A stretch of 64,000 bases of DNA. Origin: Nitrosopumilus sp. Its GTDB lineage: Archaea > Thermoproteota > Nitrososphaeria > Nitrososphaerales > Nitrosopumilaceae. The stretch is from assembly GCA_965197525.1 (NCBI GenBank), contig OZ240211.1, forward strand, positions 192,001 through 256,000, written 5' to 3'. Both the position numbers and the translations under genes were made by a program. The notes beneath the pieces are model-generated. The model made no database searches. It had not been told where the DNA came from and worked only from the letters and a program-made list of their open reading frames with translations. Below are positions 20,437-31,464 of the stretch, piece after piece. The stretch's first letter is position 1; each line of letters starts with the position of its first letter.

Positions 20437-23025
20437 TTGTTTTATAGGTTGAATTCCAAGATAGTTATCCCTGCTATAGTTATATCTATAGGCATTGCAA
20501 TCTTGATAGGTTTTACTTTAACACCTGATGATTCTGATGATATTGTTGATGTCATTCCTGTAGTTGCTCCTGTAGTAGATGATACAGATGATATCTTTGA
20601 GAGTTACGAGTCTCAAGTTCAGCAAATAGTTCAAGATACTGTTCTCCTGTATATGGAAGACCCAGAAAATGCGTTTGATATCATTACGGCACAATCAGCA
20701 ACACTTGATGGTCCAATTTATCCATTTGTTACAGCTGATGGCACATTTGAACTCGTAGCTCATGGTGCAAACCCTGACGCAGTTGGACTATACTCACCTG
20801 ATCTCATAACTACGATTCGTTCTCCTGATGAAATTATTGATGACTTGCACACTAATGGTAGCACTTGGATAGAATATGTGTTTTTGAATCCTTCTTCGAG
20901 TGAGGATGATCTTAAACGTGTGTGGTTAACATTGTACGACGGATACATCTTTGGAGCAGGCTATTATACTTATGATGAGGAGATCCGTCAGACAGTCAAG
21001 GATGCTATTTTACTGTATGTAGATGATAAAGACAATGCATTTGATACCATTACATCTCAAGCCGAAACACTTGATAGTCCTCTTTATCCATTTGTCCTAT
21101 CTGGCGATGGCACGTTTGAGATTCTTGCTCACGGCGCAAACACTGATCTCATAGGTGTGTCGGCCACTGATCTTATAACTCCTAATCTTTCATTTGATGA
21201 GATCTTGGTAAAATTAAATGATGATGATGATGATGGTTATAACAGTGACGGCGTGTGGGTAGAGTACGTATTTGAAAACCCTGAGACTGGAACAGACCAG
21301 TCAAAACATACATGGTGGTATCTTTATGACGGTTATATCTTTGTGTCAGGATACTATGATGGCGGTGACGATTATGATAGTGGTGTCCCATTTGTAGACT
21401 ATGAAACACGAGTCAAGGGTATAGTTGATGGTGTCATTGCTCTGTATATGGAAGATAAAGACAACGCATTTGATATCATTACAGCACAGTCAGCAACACT
21501 AGACGGTCCGCTTTATCCATTTGTATTATCTGGTGATGGTGCTTATACCGTTGTTGCCCATGGCGCAAACCCTGCTGCTCTAGGACGTGATATACCTCAT
21601 GTGCTAGCAGTTACTAGGACTAGTGATGCCATACTTGAAGACTTGCGTGCTAATGGCAGCACCTGGGTTAAGTATCCATACACAAATCCTGCATCTGGCG
21701 TAAAAGAGATAAAGAGTTCATGGCTGGTGTTGCATGATGGCTATATCTTTGGAATCGGTTACTATACCAGTGATAGGGAGACTCACAGAATAGTCAAAGA
21801 CGCTATCTTGATGTATATAGATGATAAAGAAGGCGCATTTGATACCATTACGGCACAGGCTGAAACACTAGATAGTTCCTTTTATCCATTTGTCTCATCT
21901 GGCGATGGCACGTTTGAGATTCTTGCTCATGGAGCAAATCCTAATCTTGTGGGCGTCTCTTCCCTTGATATCATAGATCCTACTCCTTCCTTTGATCAGA
22001 TTCTAGTAGAATTAAACGATGATGCAGATAATGACGGTTATAACAGTGAGGGTGCTCTAGTAGAGTACGTGTTTGAGAATCCCGAGACAGGTATGGATCA
22101 GACCAAGTACGTATGGATTTATCTTTATGATGGCTACATCTTTGGATCCGGGTATTATAGTGGTGACAGCGATGACGACGACTCGACTATGGGGAAAGAC
22201 ACTACTAAAACTAGTCCTGTGCGCAATGATGGCGATCGTCATGATGAGATCTTTGAGAGTTACGCATCCCAAGCCCAAAGAGTAGTCGAGGATGTTGTTG
22301 GCTTGTACAAGACAAATAGTGGTGGTGATGTATTTGATATAATTAATTCACAATCTGTAACATATGATAGTTCTCTGTACCCGGTTGTTCTATCTGGTGA
22401 TACGTTTGAGATTCTTGCCCATGGCGGAAACCCTGATCGTGTAGGGCCACGGGCATCAGACTCGATAGTTGCTAGCATAACTAGCGATGAGATCCTCGAT
22501 GACCTAAACGCCGACGGTACTGCCTGGTTGACATATGACTTTGTGAATCCTGCAACTGGAGCCGAAAGTACCAAACGTGTGTGGTTATCAGTATATGATG
22601 ACTATATCTTTCTGGTAAGTTATTCTGTTGTTGATGAGGAGATACGTCAAACAGTCAAAGATGCTATCTTGTTGTATATCGATGACAAAGACAATGCATT
22701 TTACGCCATTACATCACAGGCTACAACACTTGATAGTTCCGTCTTTCCATTTGTCCTATCTAATGATGACATGTTTGAAATTCTTACTAATGGCGCCTAC
22801 CCTGGCCTTGTTGGAGTATCTGCAACTGAGCTTATTACACCTAATCCCTCTTTTGATCAGATTTTAGAAGAATTGCACAACGATGTCCCTGGTAACCCGA
22901 CAGATGATGGTGCTTGGGTCGAATACATATACGAAAATCCTGAAACTGAAACAGACCAATCTAAACGTGCATGGTGGTATCTCTATGATGGTTATGTATT
23001 TGGTTCTGGATATTACTCTCCATGA
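20437..23025 (+). CDS. Membrane-anchored protein with six tandem single-Cache-like domains
   Basis: N-terminal TM helix; six units of YPFV..G..EILAHGANP...WVEY.F.NP.TG....K..W..LYDGYIFGSGYY; no cytoplasmic output domain. Confidence 0.8.
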   Translation: MFYRLNSKIVIPAIVISIGIAILIGFTLTPDDSDDIVDVIPVVAPVVDDTDDIFESYESQVQQIVQDTVLLYMEDPENAFDIITAQSATLDGPIYPFVTADGTFELVAHGANPDAVGLYSPDLITTIRSPDEIIDDLHTNGSTWIEYVFLNPSSSEDDLKRVWLTLYDGYIFGAGYYTYDEEIRQTVKDAILLYVDDKDNAFDTITSQAETLDSPLYPFVLSGDGTFEILAHGANTDLIGVSATDLITPNLSFDEILVKLNDDDDDGYNSDGVWVEYVFENPETGTDQSKHTWWYLYDGYIFVSGYYDGGDDYDSGVPFVDYETRVKGIVDGVIALYMEDKDNAFDIITAQSATLDGPLYPFVLSGDGAYTVVAHGANPAALGRDIPHVLAVTRTSDAILEDLRANGSTWVKYPYTNPASGVKEIKSSWLVLHDGYIFGIGYYTSDRETHRIVKDAILMYIDDKEGAFDTITAQAETLDSSFYPFVSSGDGTFEILAHGANPNLVGVSSLDIIDPTPSFDQILVELNDDADNDGYNSEGALVEYVFENPETGMDQTKYVWIYLYDGYIFGSGYYSGDSDDDDSTMGKDTTKTSPVRNDGDRHDEIFESYASQAQRVVEDVVGLYKTNSGGDVFDIINSQSVTYDSSLYPVVLSGDTFEILAHGGNPDRVGPRASDSIVASITSDEILDDLNADGTAWLTYDFVNPATGAESTKRVWLSVYDDYIFLVSYSVVDEEIRQTVKDAILLYIDDKDNAFYAITSQATTLDSSVFPFVLSNDDMFEILTNGAYPGLVGVSATELITPNPSFDQILEELHNDVPGNPTDDGAWVEYIYENPETETDQSKRAWWYLYDGYVFGSGYYSP

Positions 23026-23235
23026 ACCTAACTTGACAACTAGTTGAAAACAGTTGTAGATTTAGTAGTGTAACAGGCACGTCCTTCTCTAATCGTGTCT
23101 CGAATTATCCCAAATCCCTCCAAACAATCGATAAACTATACCTGAAAACTATTTTACACGTCTAAATGCAGAGTATTTGCTAAAAATTTCTTCAAAAACA
23201 AAAGGATTAAACCATGATTACCAGTCAATTACACT

Positions 23236-24552
23236 ATGATTCAAACCGAACTAGGAACTTTACGTAGATCGCATTATTCAAGTGATATTGCCCCCTCAAT
23301 GGATGGCACCCTAGTCACTGTCATGGGATGGGTTCTGAGTATTCGTGGACATGGAAACATCAGCTTTGCCACCATTCGTGATAAAGACGGAGACATCTCA
23401 GTTGTAGCCAAGAAAGGCGATTGCCCAGATGATATACGTAACGCTATATCTTCTCTGAAATCACATTCCTCCATTGCAGTTACTGGTACTGTAAAATCAT
23501 CTGAGAAGGCGCCTAGCGGCTTTGAGATAATACCCACACAGTTACGAATATTCTCAAATGTTACCAAAATACCTCCATTTGAACCCACAGTAAAGACTGT
23601 AAAGAACATCGATACTAGATTGGAGGTCAGACCAATTGATCTTAGACGTGATACACTACAACACGTCTTTAAGATTAGAAGCCATGTTCTAAGAGATATT
23701 AGGGATTATTTTACTTCTCAAAACTTTGTAGAGATCAACACCCCCAAGATGATATCAACTGCCACTGAAGGCGGTGCTGCACTGTTTCCAATATTCTATT
23801 ATAACAAGTCGGCATTCCTTGCACAAAGTCCGCAATTATACAAAGAGCAGCTGACTATGAGTTTTGAGAAGGTATTTGAGATTGCCCCTATCTTTAGAGC
23901 AGAGCCATCTAGAACAAACCGTCATCTAGCTGAGGCAATATCCATTGATTTTGAAGAAGCATTTATCGATTATAACGATGTAATGAATAGAATAGAGGAG
24001 ATCATAAAAATTTCAATACACACAGTTCTAGATTATCTCAAAGAGAATCCCGAGATTGAATTCATGCGTCCTCCGTCAGTCATATCTGATGGCATTCCTA
24101 GATATTCATACAATGATCTAATAGAACAGATGCGGCAGGCAGACGTCAAGACGCAATGGGGCGATGATCTGTATCCGTCAAACCTCAAAAAGATAGGCCT
24201 GCAAGGATTCTATTTTATAAAAGATTGGCCACTTGGACCAAAACCGTTTTACGTAAAAGATAGCGCAAACGATCCAAAGATATCTGAATCATTTGATTTA
24301 ATGTACGGCGATCTAGAACTGTCTTCTGGTAGCACCAGAATTGAGAAACGTCATGAGTTGGCTCTGCGAATGAAGAACAAGGGAATGAACTCTGATGATT
24401 TCAAGTATCATTTGGATGCATTTGACTATGGTGTTCCTCCACACGCTGGCTGTGGCATAGGTCTTGAACGACTAATCATGGCACTTACAGGCACTGAAAA
24501 TATCCGTGATACTACTTTTTATCCTAGGGATATTGATAGGTTGACACCATAG
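23236..24552 (+). CDS. aspS: Aspartyl-tRNA synthetase (archaeal, probably non-discriminating)
   Basis: LAQSPQLYKE, FRAE, GVPPHAGCGIGLER; clustered with gatCAB. Confidence 0.96.
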   Translation: MIQTELGTLRRSHYSSDIAPSMDGTLVTVMGWVLSIRGHGNISFATIRDKDGDISVVAKKGDCPDDIRNAISSLKSHSSIAVTGTVKSSEKAPSGFEIIPTQLRIFSNVTKIPPFEPTVKTVKNIDTRLEVRPIDLRRDTLQHVFKIRSHVLRDIRDYFTSQNFVEINTPKMISTATEGGAALFPIFYYNKSAFLAQSPQLYKEQLTMSFEKVFEIAPIFRAEPSRTNRHLAEAISIDFEEAFIDYNDVMNRIEEIIKISIHTVLDYLKENPEIEFMRPPSVISDGIPRYSYNDLIEQMRQADVKTQWGDDLYPSNLKKIGLQGFYFIKDWPLGPKPFYVKDSANDPKISESFDLMYGDLELSSGSTRIEKRHELALRMKNKGMNSDDFKYHLDAFDYGVPPHAGCGIGLERLIMALTGTENIRDTTFYPRDIDRLTP

Positions 24553-24843
24553 GTGATGATGTATGAGATGACTGTTACTTTGGGCGAGATAGAGCATATA
24601 TGTAAATTGATGAAGATTGATATTAATGATGATCATATGCAGTATGTCAAGCAGATCGATGCAATGATTGATTATTTCAACATCTTGGATTCTGCAGGCG
24701 TTGATTCAGAAGACATTGTAATGCCTGAACTACCTTTGGTGAATTTACGCGATGATGTTCATGCGCCATTTAATGATAAATTGATTGAAAGACTAAAACA
24801 CTACAAAGGAACCAATATTCGTGCACCAAAGATGTCCTCATGA
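24553..24843 (+). CDS. gatC: Asp/Glu-tRNA amidotransferase subunit C
   Basis: Size, position before gatA, LRDD...IRAPK C-terminus. Confidence 0.85.
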   Translation: MMMYEMTVTLGEIEHICKLMKIDINDDHMQYVKQIDAMIDYFNILDSAGVDSEDIVMPELPLVNLRDDVHAPFNDKLIERLKHYKGTNIRAPKMSS

Positions 24844-26318
24844 ACCTCAATGTATCTGCTCTTGAATTTGTCCAAGAAGCCAAGTTAGGAAACATATCAG
24901 TTGAGGATTTTGTTGCAGAAACGGTTCAGAGAATTCAGAATGTGGATGATACACTACATGCATTTTTGTCTCTGAATGACGACGCAATTAACCAAGCTCA
25001 AAGTATTGATAGAAAGATAAGATCTGGACAAAACGTAGGTGCTTGTTTTGGCATGCCTGTCTCCATTAAAGATAATATATGCATTAAAGATTCTAAAACT
25101 ACATGTGCCTCTCGTATGTTAGAGGATTTTGTTGCGCCATATGACGCTACAGTGATAACCAAGTTAAAAGACAATGACGCTGTATTTGTTGGCAAGACAA
25201 ACATGGACGAGTTTGCCATGGGAATAAGCACCGAGTTTAGCGCATTTGGTCCAAGCAAAAATCCTTGGAATCCAAAATACGTTCCTGGCGGTTCATCAGG
25301 CGGAAGTGCAGTATCTGTTGCTGCATTAGAGTGTGTTGCGTCATTGGGTTCTGATACCGGTGGTTCTGTTAGGAACCCTGCAAGTTTTTGCTCTGTGGTA
25401 GGATACAAACCAACATACGGCTTGATAAGCAGGTACGGGTTGATATCATACGCTAACAGCATTGAGCAGATAGGTCCCATTACTCGAACAGTAAAAGACG
25501 CTGCATTTTTGTTAAATATTATATCAGGTTTGGACTCTAATGACGATACCACTGCTGTGTGCCGTAGTCGTGATAAAGATGGTGGTACCGGTAATACGTC
25601 TCATGATTACCTGTCAGGAATTGACTATGATATTACAGGCACAAAAATAGGCATAATTTCTGATATGATGGGTGATGGAATAGACCCTTCAGTACTATCT
25701 GCAACACGAGATGCCATATCAGCGTTAGAAGGGCTGGGCGCTGTATGCCAAGAGATATCCTTTGATATGATAAAATACTCAGTAGCTGCTTACTATATCA
25801 TTACTTCAACTGAGGCCGGAAGCAACCTTGCTAGATACGACAATATTAGATACGGTTATGATCTGTCTCTAGAGGGCTACGAGTTTAACTCTTACATTAC
25901 AAAGGCTAGGGCAAAATTTGGAGACGAAGTTACAAGACGAATAATTCTTGGAGGATTTGTACCATCAGCAGGACATGCAGGAAGATATTTTTTAAAAGCA
26001 CTCAAGGTAAAACAAAAGCTTACAGAAGAGGTAAATCAAGCATTCAAGAATTTTGATATATTAATTGCACCAACTGTCCCTATACTGCCATTCCAACTAG
26101 GTGAAAAGATAGACGATCCACTATCCTTGTTTTTACTTGATATTAATACCGTAACTGCAAATCTTACCGGCAAGCCATCAATATCTGTGCCATATACACA
26201 TTCAAATGGTCTGCCAATAGGCATTCAATTGATTGCTGATTCTATGCAAGACAAGATGTTACTCCAAGTTGCAAATGCATTAGAGGGAACAACAAAATTA
26301 CCAGAGGTCCCGCTATGA
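24840..26318 (+). CDS. gatA: Amidotransferase subunit A
   Basis: Amidase signature PGGSSGGSA, LGSDTGGSVRNPA. Confidence 0.96.
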   Translation: MNLNVSALEFVQEAKLGNISVEDFVAETVQRIQNVDDTLHAFLSLNDDAINQAQSIDRKIRSGQNVGACFGMPVSIKDNICIKDSKTTCASRMLEDFVAPYDATVITKLKDNDAVFVGKTNMDEFAMGISTEFSAFGPSKNPWNPKYVPGGSSGGSAVSVAALECVASLGSDTGGSVRNPASFCSVVGYKPTYGLISRYGLISYANSIEQIGPITRTVKDAAFLLNIISGLDSNDDTTAVCRSRDKDGGTGNTSHDYLSGIDYDITGTKIGIISDMMGDGIDPSVLSATRDAISALEGLGAVCQEISFDMIKYSVAAYYIITSTEAGSNLARYDNIRYGYDLSLEGYEFNSYITKARAKFGDEVTRRIILGGFVPSAGHAGRYFLKALKVKQKLTEEVNQAFKNFDILIAPTVPILPFQLGEKIDDPLSLFLLDINTVTANLTGKPSISVPYTHSNGLPIGIQLIADSMQDKMLLQVANALEGTTKLPEVPL

Positions 26319-27727
26319 CGATTATCGGTCTTGAGATTCACTGCCAGCTTACAAATTTGAACAGCAAGTTGTTCTGTTCTTGTAAGGCTAATTACCGAGG
26401 CATGGAAATCAACGAGAATGTATGTCCTGTGTGTATGGGATTGCCTGGAAGTCTGCCGCGATTAAATCAGCAGGCAGTAAAGAAGGCTATAATGATTGCA
26501 ATGGCACTGCGTTGTAAAGTCCCTGAAAAGACTGCATTTTTTAGAAAGAACTACTTTTATCCTGATCTGCCAAAGAACTTTCAGATAACTCAGTTGAATG
26601 TTTATGGGGATACAAGCATCGGCGGTCCGGGGCAAATCATGATAGGTGATAAAAAAATCAGGATTACGCGGGTTCAGCTGGAAGAGGACCCTGGGCGGTT
26701 GATATACCAGGGTGATTCATCTAAAAACAAGGTGACTTTGGTTGACTATAACCGTGCAGGCACGCCGCTAGTAGAGATTGTAACAGAACCTGACTTTGAG
26801 ACTCCTAAAGAGGTGCGAGGCTTTTTGAGCGTTCTATCTGACCTGCTTGCCAATCTTGGAGTGGCAGATCCCAGCCTAGAGGGTGCGATGAGAGCTGATG
26901 CAAACGTATCCATCAAGGGTGGAAAGAAGGTAGAGATAAAAAATATTGGCTCATTTCATGACTTGGAGAAAGCCGTCCAGTACGAGATTATCAGGCAGGA
27001 GAGTTTGCACTCGAGAGGAATAGAGATAGACCAAGAGACAAGACACTGGGATGACAAGCGCAAGGTTACTACTCCATCACGCTCAAAAGAAGAGGATCTG
27101 GATTATCGGTATTTCTTGGAGGGTGATATACCGTGGATTGCAATCAGTCCTGATATTAAAACAGCGTTGAAGACTGAGATGCCTGAGAGTATAGAGTCAA
27201 AGAAGGAGAGATACATATCTGAATACGGCATTTCGCCACAGGTAGCTGATGTGCTATCCTCTGACAAATTCTTCTCTGATCTGTTTGAGGATTCTTTTAG
27301 TGTCAGAAACGCAAAAGATGTAGCAAATATCATTACTACTGACTTGATGGGATTGATGGATACACGAGATCGCCAAGAGTCATCAAAGTTAACTGCCGTA
27401 CATCTAAAAGAGTTAGCTGACATGATACTGTCTGGAAAGGTGTCTAGAATATCATCAAAGAACGCATTGCACGAGATCGTAAAGACTGGAAAAGATACTT
27501 TACAGGTAGTATCTGAGTTGGATCTTGGAAATGTATCTGATGAGTCAGAGCTGCTATCAGTTGTAAGCCAAGTTGTATGTGAGGAATCAAAAGCGGTAAG
27601 TGAGGCACATGATAATCCGCAAGGTGTGATGCATTATTTGGTAGGTAAAGTAATGCAAAAGACAAAAGGGAAAGCAGATCCAAAACTGACCATCAGTTTA
27701 GTTAAACGAGAACTCGGTTTATCATAA
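26315..27727 (+). CDS. gatB: Amidotransferase subunit B
   Basis: IGLEIHCQL, KNYFYPDLPKNFQITQ, LEEDPG, VDYNRAGTPLVEIVTEPD. Confidence 0.96.
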   Translation: MTIIGLEIHCQLTNLNSKLFCSCKANYRGMEINENVCPVCMGLPGSLPRLNQQAVKKAIMIAMALRCKVPEKTAFFRKNYFYPDLPKNFQITQLNVYGDTSIGGPGQIMIGDKKIRITRVQLEEDPGRLIYQGDSSKNKVTLVDYNRAGTPLVEIVTEPDFETPKEVRGFLSVLSDLLANLGVADPSLEGAMRADANVSIKGGKKVEIKNIGSFHDLEKAVQYEIIRQESLHSRGIEIDQETRHWDDKRKVTTPSRSKEEDLDYRYFLEGDIPWIAISPDIKTALKTEMPESIESKKERYISEYGISPQVADVLSSDKFFSDLFEDSFSVRNAKDVANIITTDLMGLMDTRDRQESSKLTAVHLKELADMILSGKVSRISSKNALHEIVKTGKDTLQVVSELDLGNVSDESELLSVVSQVVCEESKAVSEAHDNPQGVMHYLVGKVMQKTKGKADPKLTISLVKRELGLS

Positions 27728-27820
27728 TGGGTTATATGCACAGACAATGGCCCAAGTGATGACTAGCGTAATTCGGACACAAAAATCTTTTTAGACTGCT
27801 CGATTTTAGAAGAGGTAACA

Positions 27821-29749
27821 TTGTCCGAATTTGCCTTTATTCCAACTAAAAAACAAGTTCAAGAGTCAAACATCTTTAAATTCATGCAGAGACACAACGT
27901 AAACTCGTTAGAAGAGTTAACTGCAAAAGCTAAAGAGAATTTAGAGTGGTTTTGGGAGTCCATGGATAAGGACATTGGAATCATCTGGGATAAACCCTAT
28001 ACCAAGACACTTGACATGTCAGACGGTATTGCATGGTCCAAGTGGTTTGTTGGCGGTAAAACAAACATCTATAGATCATCAGTTGAAAAGTTTGCTCAAG
28101 AGAGTCCTGATAGGGCCGCATATTATTTTGAATCAGAAGATGGGACGTCATCACACATGTCCTATCTAGAACTTGACTTGCAGGTATCACAGCTTGCAAA
28201 TGGGTTAAAGTCAATCGGTGTACAAAGGGGTGATGTTGTTGCAATTTACTTGCCAATGATTAAAGAGGCAGTTGTTGCAATACTTGCCGCAGCCAAGATT
28301 GGCGCAGTACAGACTGTGATCTTTTCAGGGTACGGTTCAGAGTCCTTACGTCTAAGATTACAAGACTGTAATGCTAAGATCCTGATAGCCTCTGACGGAT
28401 TCTATAGAAAAGGCAAACCATTGTCCCAAAGACCGTCAATTGATGCTGCAGTAAAGGATACGCCAATTCAAAAAGTTGTTCTAGTCAGATACAAAAATGT
28501 AGACAGGTACGACGAATCAGACAAAATCCTGTTTTATGACAAATTGGTATCTGAGCAGAGTACCCGATGTGATACAGCAGTAATGGACTCTGAGGATCCG
28601 TTGTTTATTTTGTATACCTCAGGAACCACCGGCAGACCCAAAGGGGTCGTTGAACCTCATGGAGGATTCTCAGTCTTTGCAGGATACCAGTCAGCGCACC
28701 TGACTGATACCAAAAAAAATGATGTTGTTTTGTGGCCTGCTGATATCGGATGGATTACAGGGCTGGTATGGAATGTTTATGGTCTTTTGTTGACTGGGGC
28801 TAGTGCAGTAATCTATGATGGTGCAATCGACTACCCATCACACGACAGAATATGGAGCATGCTATCAAAATATCAGGCAACAATATTTGGAATATCGCCT
28901 ACTGCTGTACGATCGTTTAAAAAAAATCGCATAGAACCATTAAAGACATTCTCACTTGATAGTATCAAGAATATTCCTACCACAGGCGAGCCGCTTGACG
29001 CAGACTCGTGGTGGTGGCTATACGAAAAGGTAGGCAACAAAAAGATCCCTATCATGAATCTGTCGGGAGGAACTGAGATCGGAGGTGCAATGCTCTCAGT
29101 ATTTCCGGTTATGAAGCTAAAACCGTCAACTGTCGGTGTCCCGATACCTGGAATGAGTCTTGATGTATGGGATGATAAACGCCATTCTGTCAGAGGCGCC
29201 AACGGTTATTTGGTTGTTCTGTCCTCATGGCCTGCTATGACCCGCGGTCTGTTAAACGACAACTCACGATATCTCAAAACTTATTGGTCTAGATTCGATG
29301 GCGATGCATGGTTTCATGGAGATTATGTATACGTTGATGAAGACAACCTTTGGTATATGCATGGAAGAACCGACGATGTCATTAATGTATCAGGACATAG
29401 GATGAGTACAGCAGAGATAGAACACGTGGTGATGTCGCATCCGGGAATATCTGATGCAGCAACAGTCGCAGTTCCTGATGAGATTACCGGTGAGGCAATA
29501 ATCGTCTTTTTTGTAACTAATGACAAGTCTCACACTATCGACGAATCTGCAATATCTGAGTATATCATACACAGGATTGGCAAACTAGCACGTCCCAAAC
29601 ACATATTTCAATTATCTGATCTCCCAAAGACTAGTACAGGTAAAATTATGCGTAGATTGTTACGTTCAAAATTATTGGGACACAGTTTAGGTGATCTTTC
29701 ATCGCTTGAGAACTCGTATGTCTTAGATCAGGTATGTGCACTAGATTAA
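27821..29749 (+). CDS. acsA: AMP-forming acetyl/acyl-CoA synthetase
   Basis: YTSGTTGRPKG, GRTDDVINVSGHR, PKTSTGKIMRRLL. Confidence 0.88.
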   Translation: MSEFAFIPTKKQVQESNIFKFMQRHNVNSLEELTAKAKENLEWFWESMDKDIGIIWDKPYTKTLDMSDGIAWSKWFVGGKTNIYRSSVEKFAQESPDRAAYYFESEDGTSSHMSYLELDLQVSQLANGLKSIGVQRGDVVAIYLPMIKEAVVAILAAAKIGAVQTVIFSGYGSESLRLRLQDCNAKILIASDGFYRKGKPLSQRPSIDAAVKDTPIQKVVLVRYKNVDRYDESDKILFYDKLVSEQSTRCDTAVMDSEDPLFILYTSGTTGRPKGVVEPHGGFSVFAGYQSAHLTDTKKNDVVLWPADIGWITGLVWNVYGLLLTGASAVIYDGAIDYPSHDRIWSMLSKYQATIFGISPTAVRSFKKNRIEPLKTFSLDSIKNIPTTGEPLDADSWWWLYEKVGNKKIPIMNLSGGTEIGGAMLSVFPVMKLKPSTVGVPIPGMSLDVWDDKRHSVRGANGYLVVLSSWPAMTRGLLNDNSRYLKTYWSRFDGDAWFHGDYVYVDEDNLWYMHGRTDDVINVSGHRMSTAEIEHVVMSHPGISDAATVAVPDEITGEAIIVFFVTNDKSHTIDESAISEYIIHRIGKLARPKHIFQLSDLPKTSTGKIMRRLLRSKLLGHSLGDLSSLENSYVLDQVCALD

Positions 29750-29901
29750 ATTATGCTGTAATGTTGTGATAATCTCTAGTATCTGATATCTGTCTGTCCT
29801 TTTTTACATGTGTTAAGATCTATTTACCAGTTTCATAAACACGCACATTCCTCTTTTTTATTTAGGATCTTATTTATAGCACTAGTTACAACAGAATCGT
29901 T

Positions 29902-31266
29902 ATGAAAGAGTTTCTAGTTGATCAACACGTTGAGGATATAGAAGTCCCAGAGAATCTCAAGACCAATACTCTGTTTGATGGGTTCCATTCAAAATGCCCC
30001 CATCCTGAATGTTATTTTGGGTTTTATGGACTATCCTTTGGGCAGTCGCCATTCTCCACACCTAAACTAATCCAGGATGCGTTAATCTCTAATGTGGATA
30101 AAGGTCTATATGCTCCTGTCAGAGGAATCCCTCCGCTGATAGATGCAATCGTGCAGCATAACAAACATTACTTTAAGATGAACGTTAACCCTCAAAACGT
30201 CTATGTTGGACCCGGGACAAAAGAGCTTATCTTTAACCTCTTGGAGATTTTGCACGGTACCGTAATTTTGCCTACTCCTACATGGCTGGGTTATCTGCCA
30301 CAACTTCGTTTCTTGAATAAAAGTTTCCATATGTTGCCTACGGACTCGAGTAGAAAAATCTCCCCACACTCTTTGAGAAAGTTAGCATTGCAGCTGCGAG
30401 ATCGGCAGAAGATTCTGATACTGAATAATCCCAACAATCCTACGGGACTGCTTTATGACGTATTGGAGTTGCACGAGATTGCAGACGTATGTAGAGAACA
30501 GAATATCATGGTTATATCTGATGAGATTTATGCTCATAGCACATTTGATTTTACAAAATTTACTAGTATGGGTAGGATATATCCTGAAGGCACATTTACA
30601 ACAAATGGAATATCCAAATCTCATTCTGCAGGTGGCTATAGACTGGGTTATGTGATATTTCCCGACAATGCTCTGGATTTTAAGGCCCACTTTGAAAAGG
30701 TTCTGGCCATTGAACATACTGCTGTATGCACTCCAATCCAACATGCTGCTGTTGCAGGATTTGAAATTAATCTTGGGATTGATAAATACCTACAGATCAC
30801 GCGTAATATCAATCAGATTATGGGAGAGTATCTCTTTGATGTGCTCTCTGCAATTGAAGGTGTACGTGTAATTAAACCTCAAGGCACATTCTATCTTCTT
30901 GCTGATTTTAACGCATTTGCAGCCGAATTGACTAATGCTAACATTACTACCTCTCAACAGCTAACTGAATCCCTTATCAAACATCCTTATCACACCGATG
31001 TTGTTGGTGGGGATAGTTTTGTCTTAGAGCGCACTGATTATAGCGCCAGAATTGCGTATGTTGATTATGATGGAGACAAAGCATACGCAGGTTATATTGC
31101 CAATACTCCTCAAACCGATGCTGAAAAATTGGAATTTGTTAACAAATATGCACCAAGACTTGGCGCAGGTGCCAAGATGATTGAAAAATTCCTAAATGAT
31201 CTGAAAAATAACCAATTGTACGGTATTACAAAGTTGACCTCTGCAAATCAACATAAACTAGAATAA
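29902..31266 (+). CDS. PLP-dependent aminotransferase class I/II
   Basis: NNPNNPTG, ISDEIY, SKSHSAGGYRLG. Confidence 0.92.
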   Translation: MKEFLVDQHVEDIEVPENLKTNTLFDGFHSKCPHPECYFGFYGLSFGQSPFSTPKLIQDALISNVDKGLYAPVRGIPPLIDAIVQHNKHYFKMNVNPQNVYVGPGTKELIFNLLEILHGTVILPTPTWLGYLPQLRFLNKSFHMLPTDSSRKISPHSLRKLALQLRDRQKILILNNPNNPTGLLYDVLELHEIADVCREQNIMVISDEIYAHSTFDFTKFTSMGRIYPEGTFTTNGISKSHSAGGYRLGYVIFPDNALDFKAHFEKVLAIEHTAVCTPIQHAAVAGFEINLGIDKYLQITRNINQIMGEYLFDVLSAIEGVRVIKPQGTFYLLADFNAFAAELTNANITTSQQLTESLIKHPYHTDVVGGDSFVLERTDYSARIAYVDYDGDKAYAGYIANTPQTDAEKLEFVNKYAPRLGAGAKMIEKFLNDLKNNQLYGITKLTSANQHKLE

Positions 31267-31464
31267 GCATTTACATAACAAATCTGTAATATGGCACTTT
31301 TGTTATATATAATGTGTTTCATAACTCTAAACTGTATGCATGAAATACCTACTACATGGTACCCATCTAGGTGTGACTGAAAGGGTTATGAAACACACTA
31401 TATTATTAATCAGTATGCTTGAAAATCATTATAAGAAAGCAAGATTTACAAAGATGATAACAAA

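Noticed and set aside
25363-25375. Additional GGTTCTGT match as a solo element end
   Set aside because: It lies in frame within gatA (GGSV) with no partner repeat or TSD.
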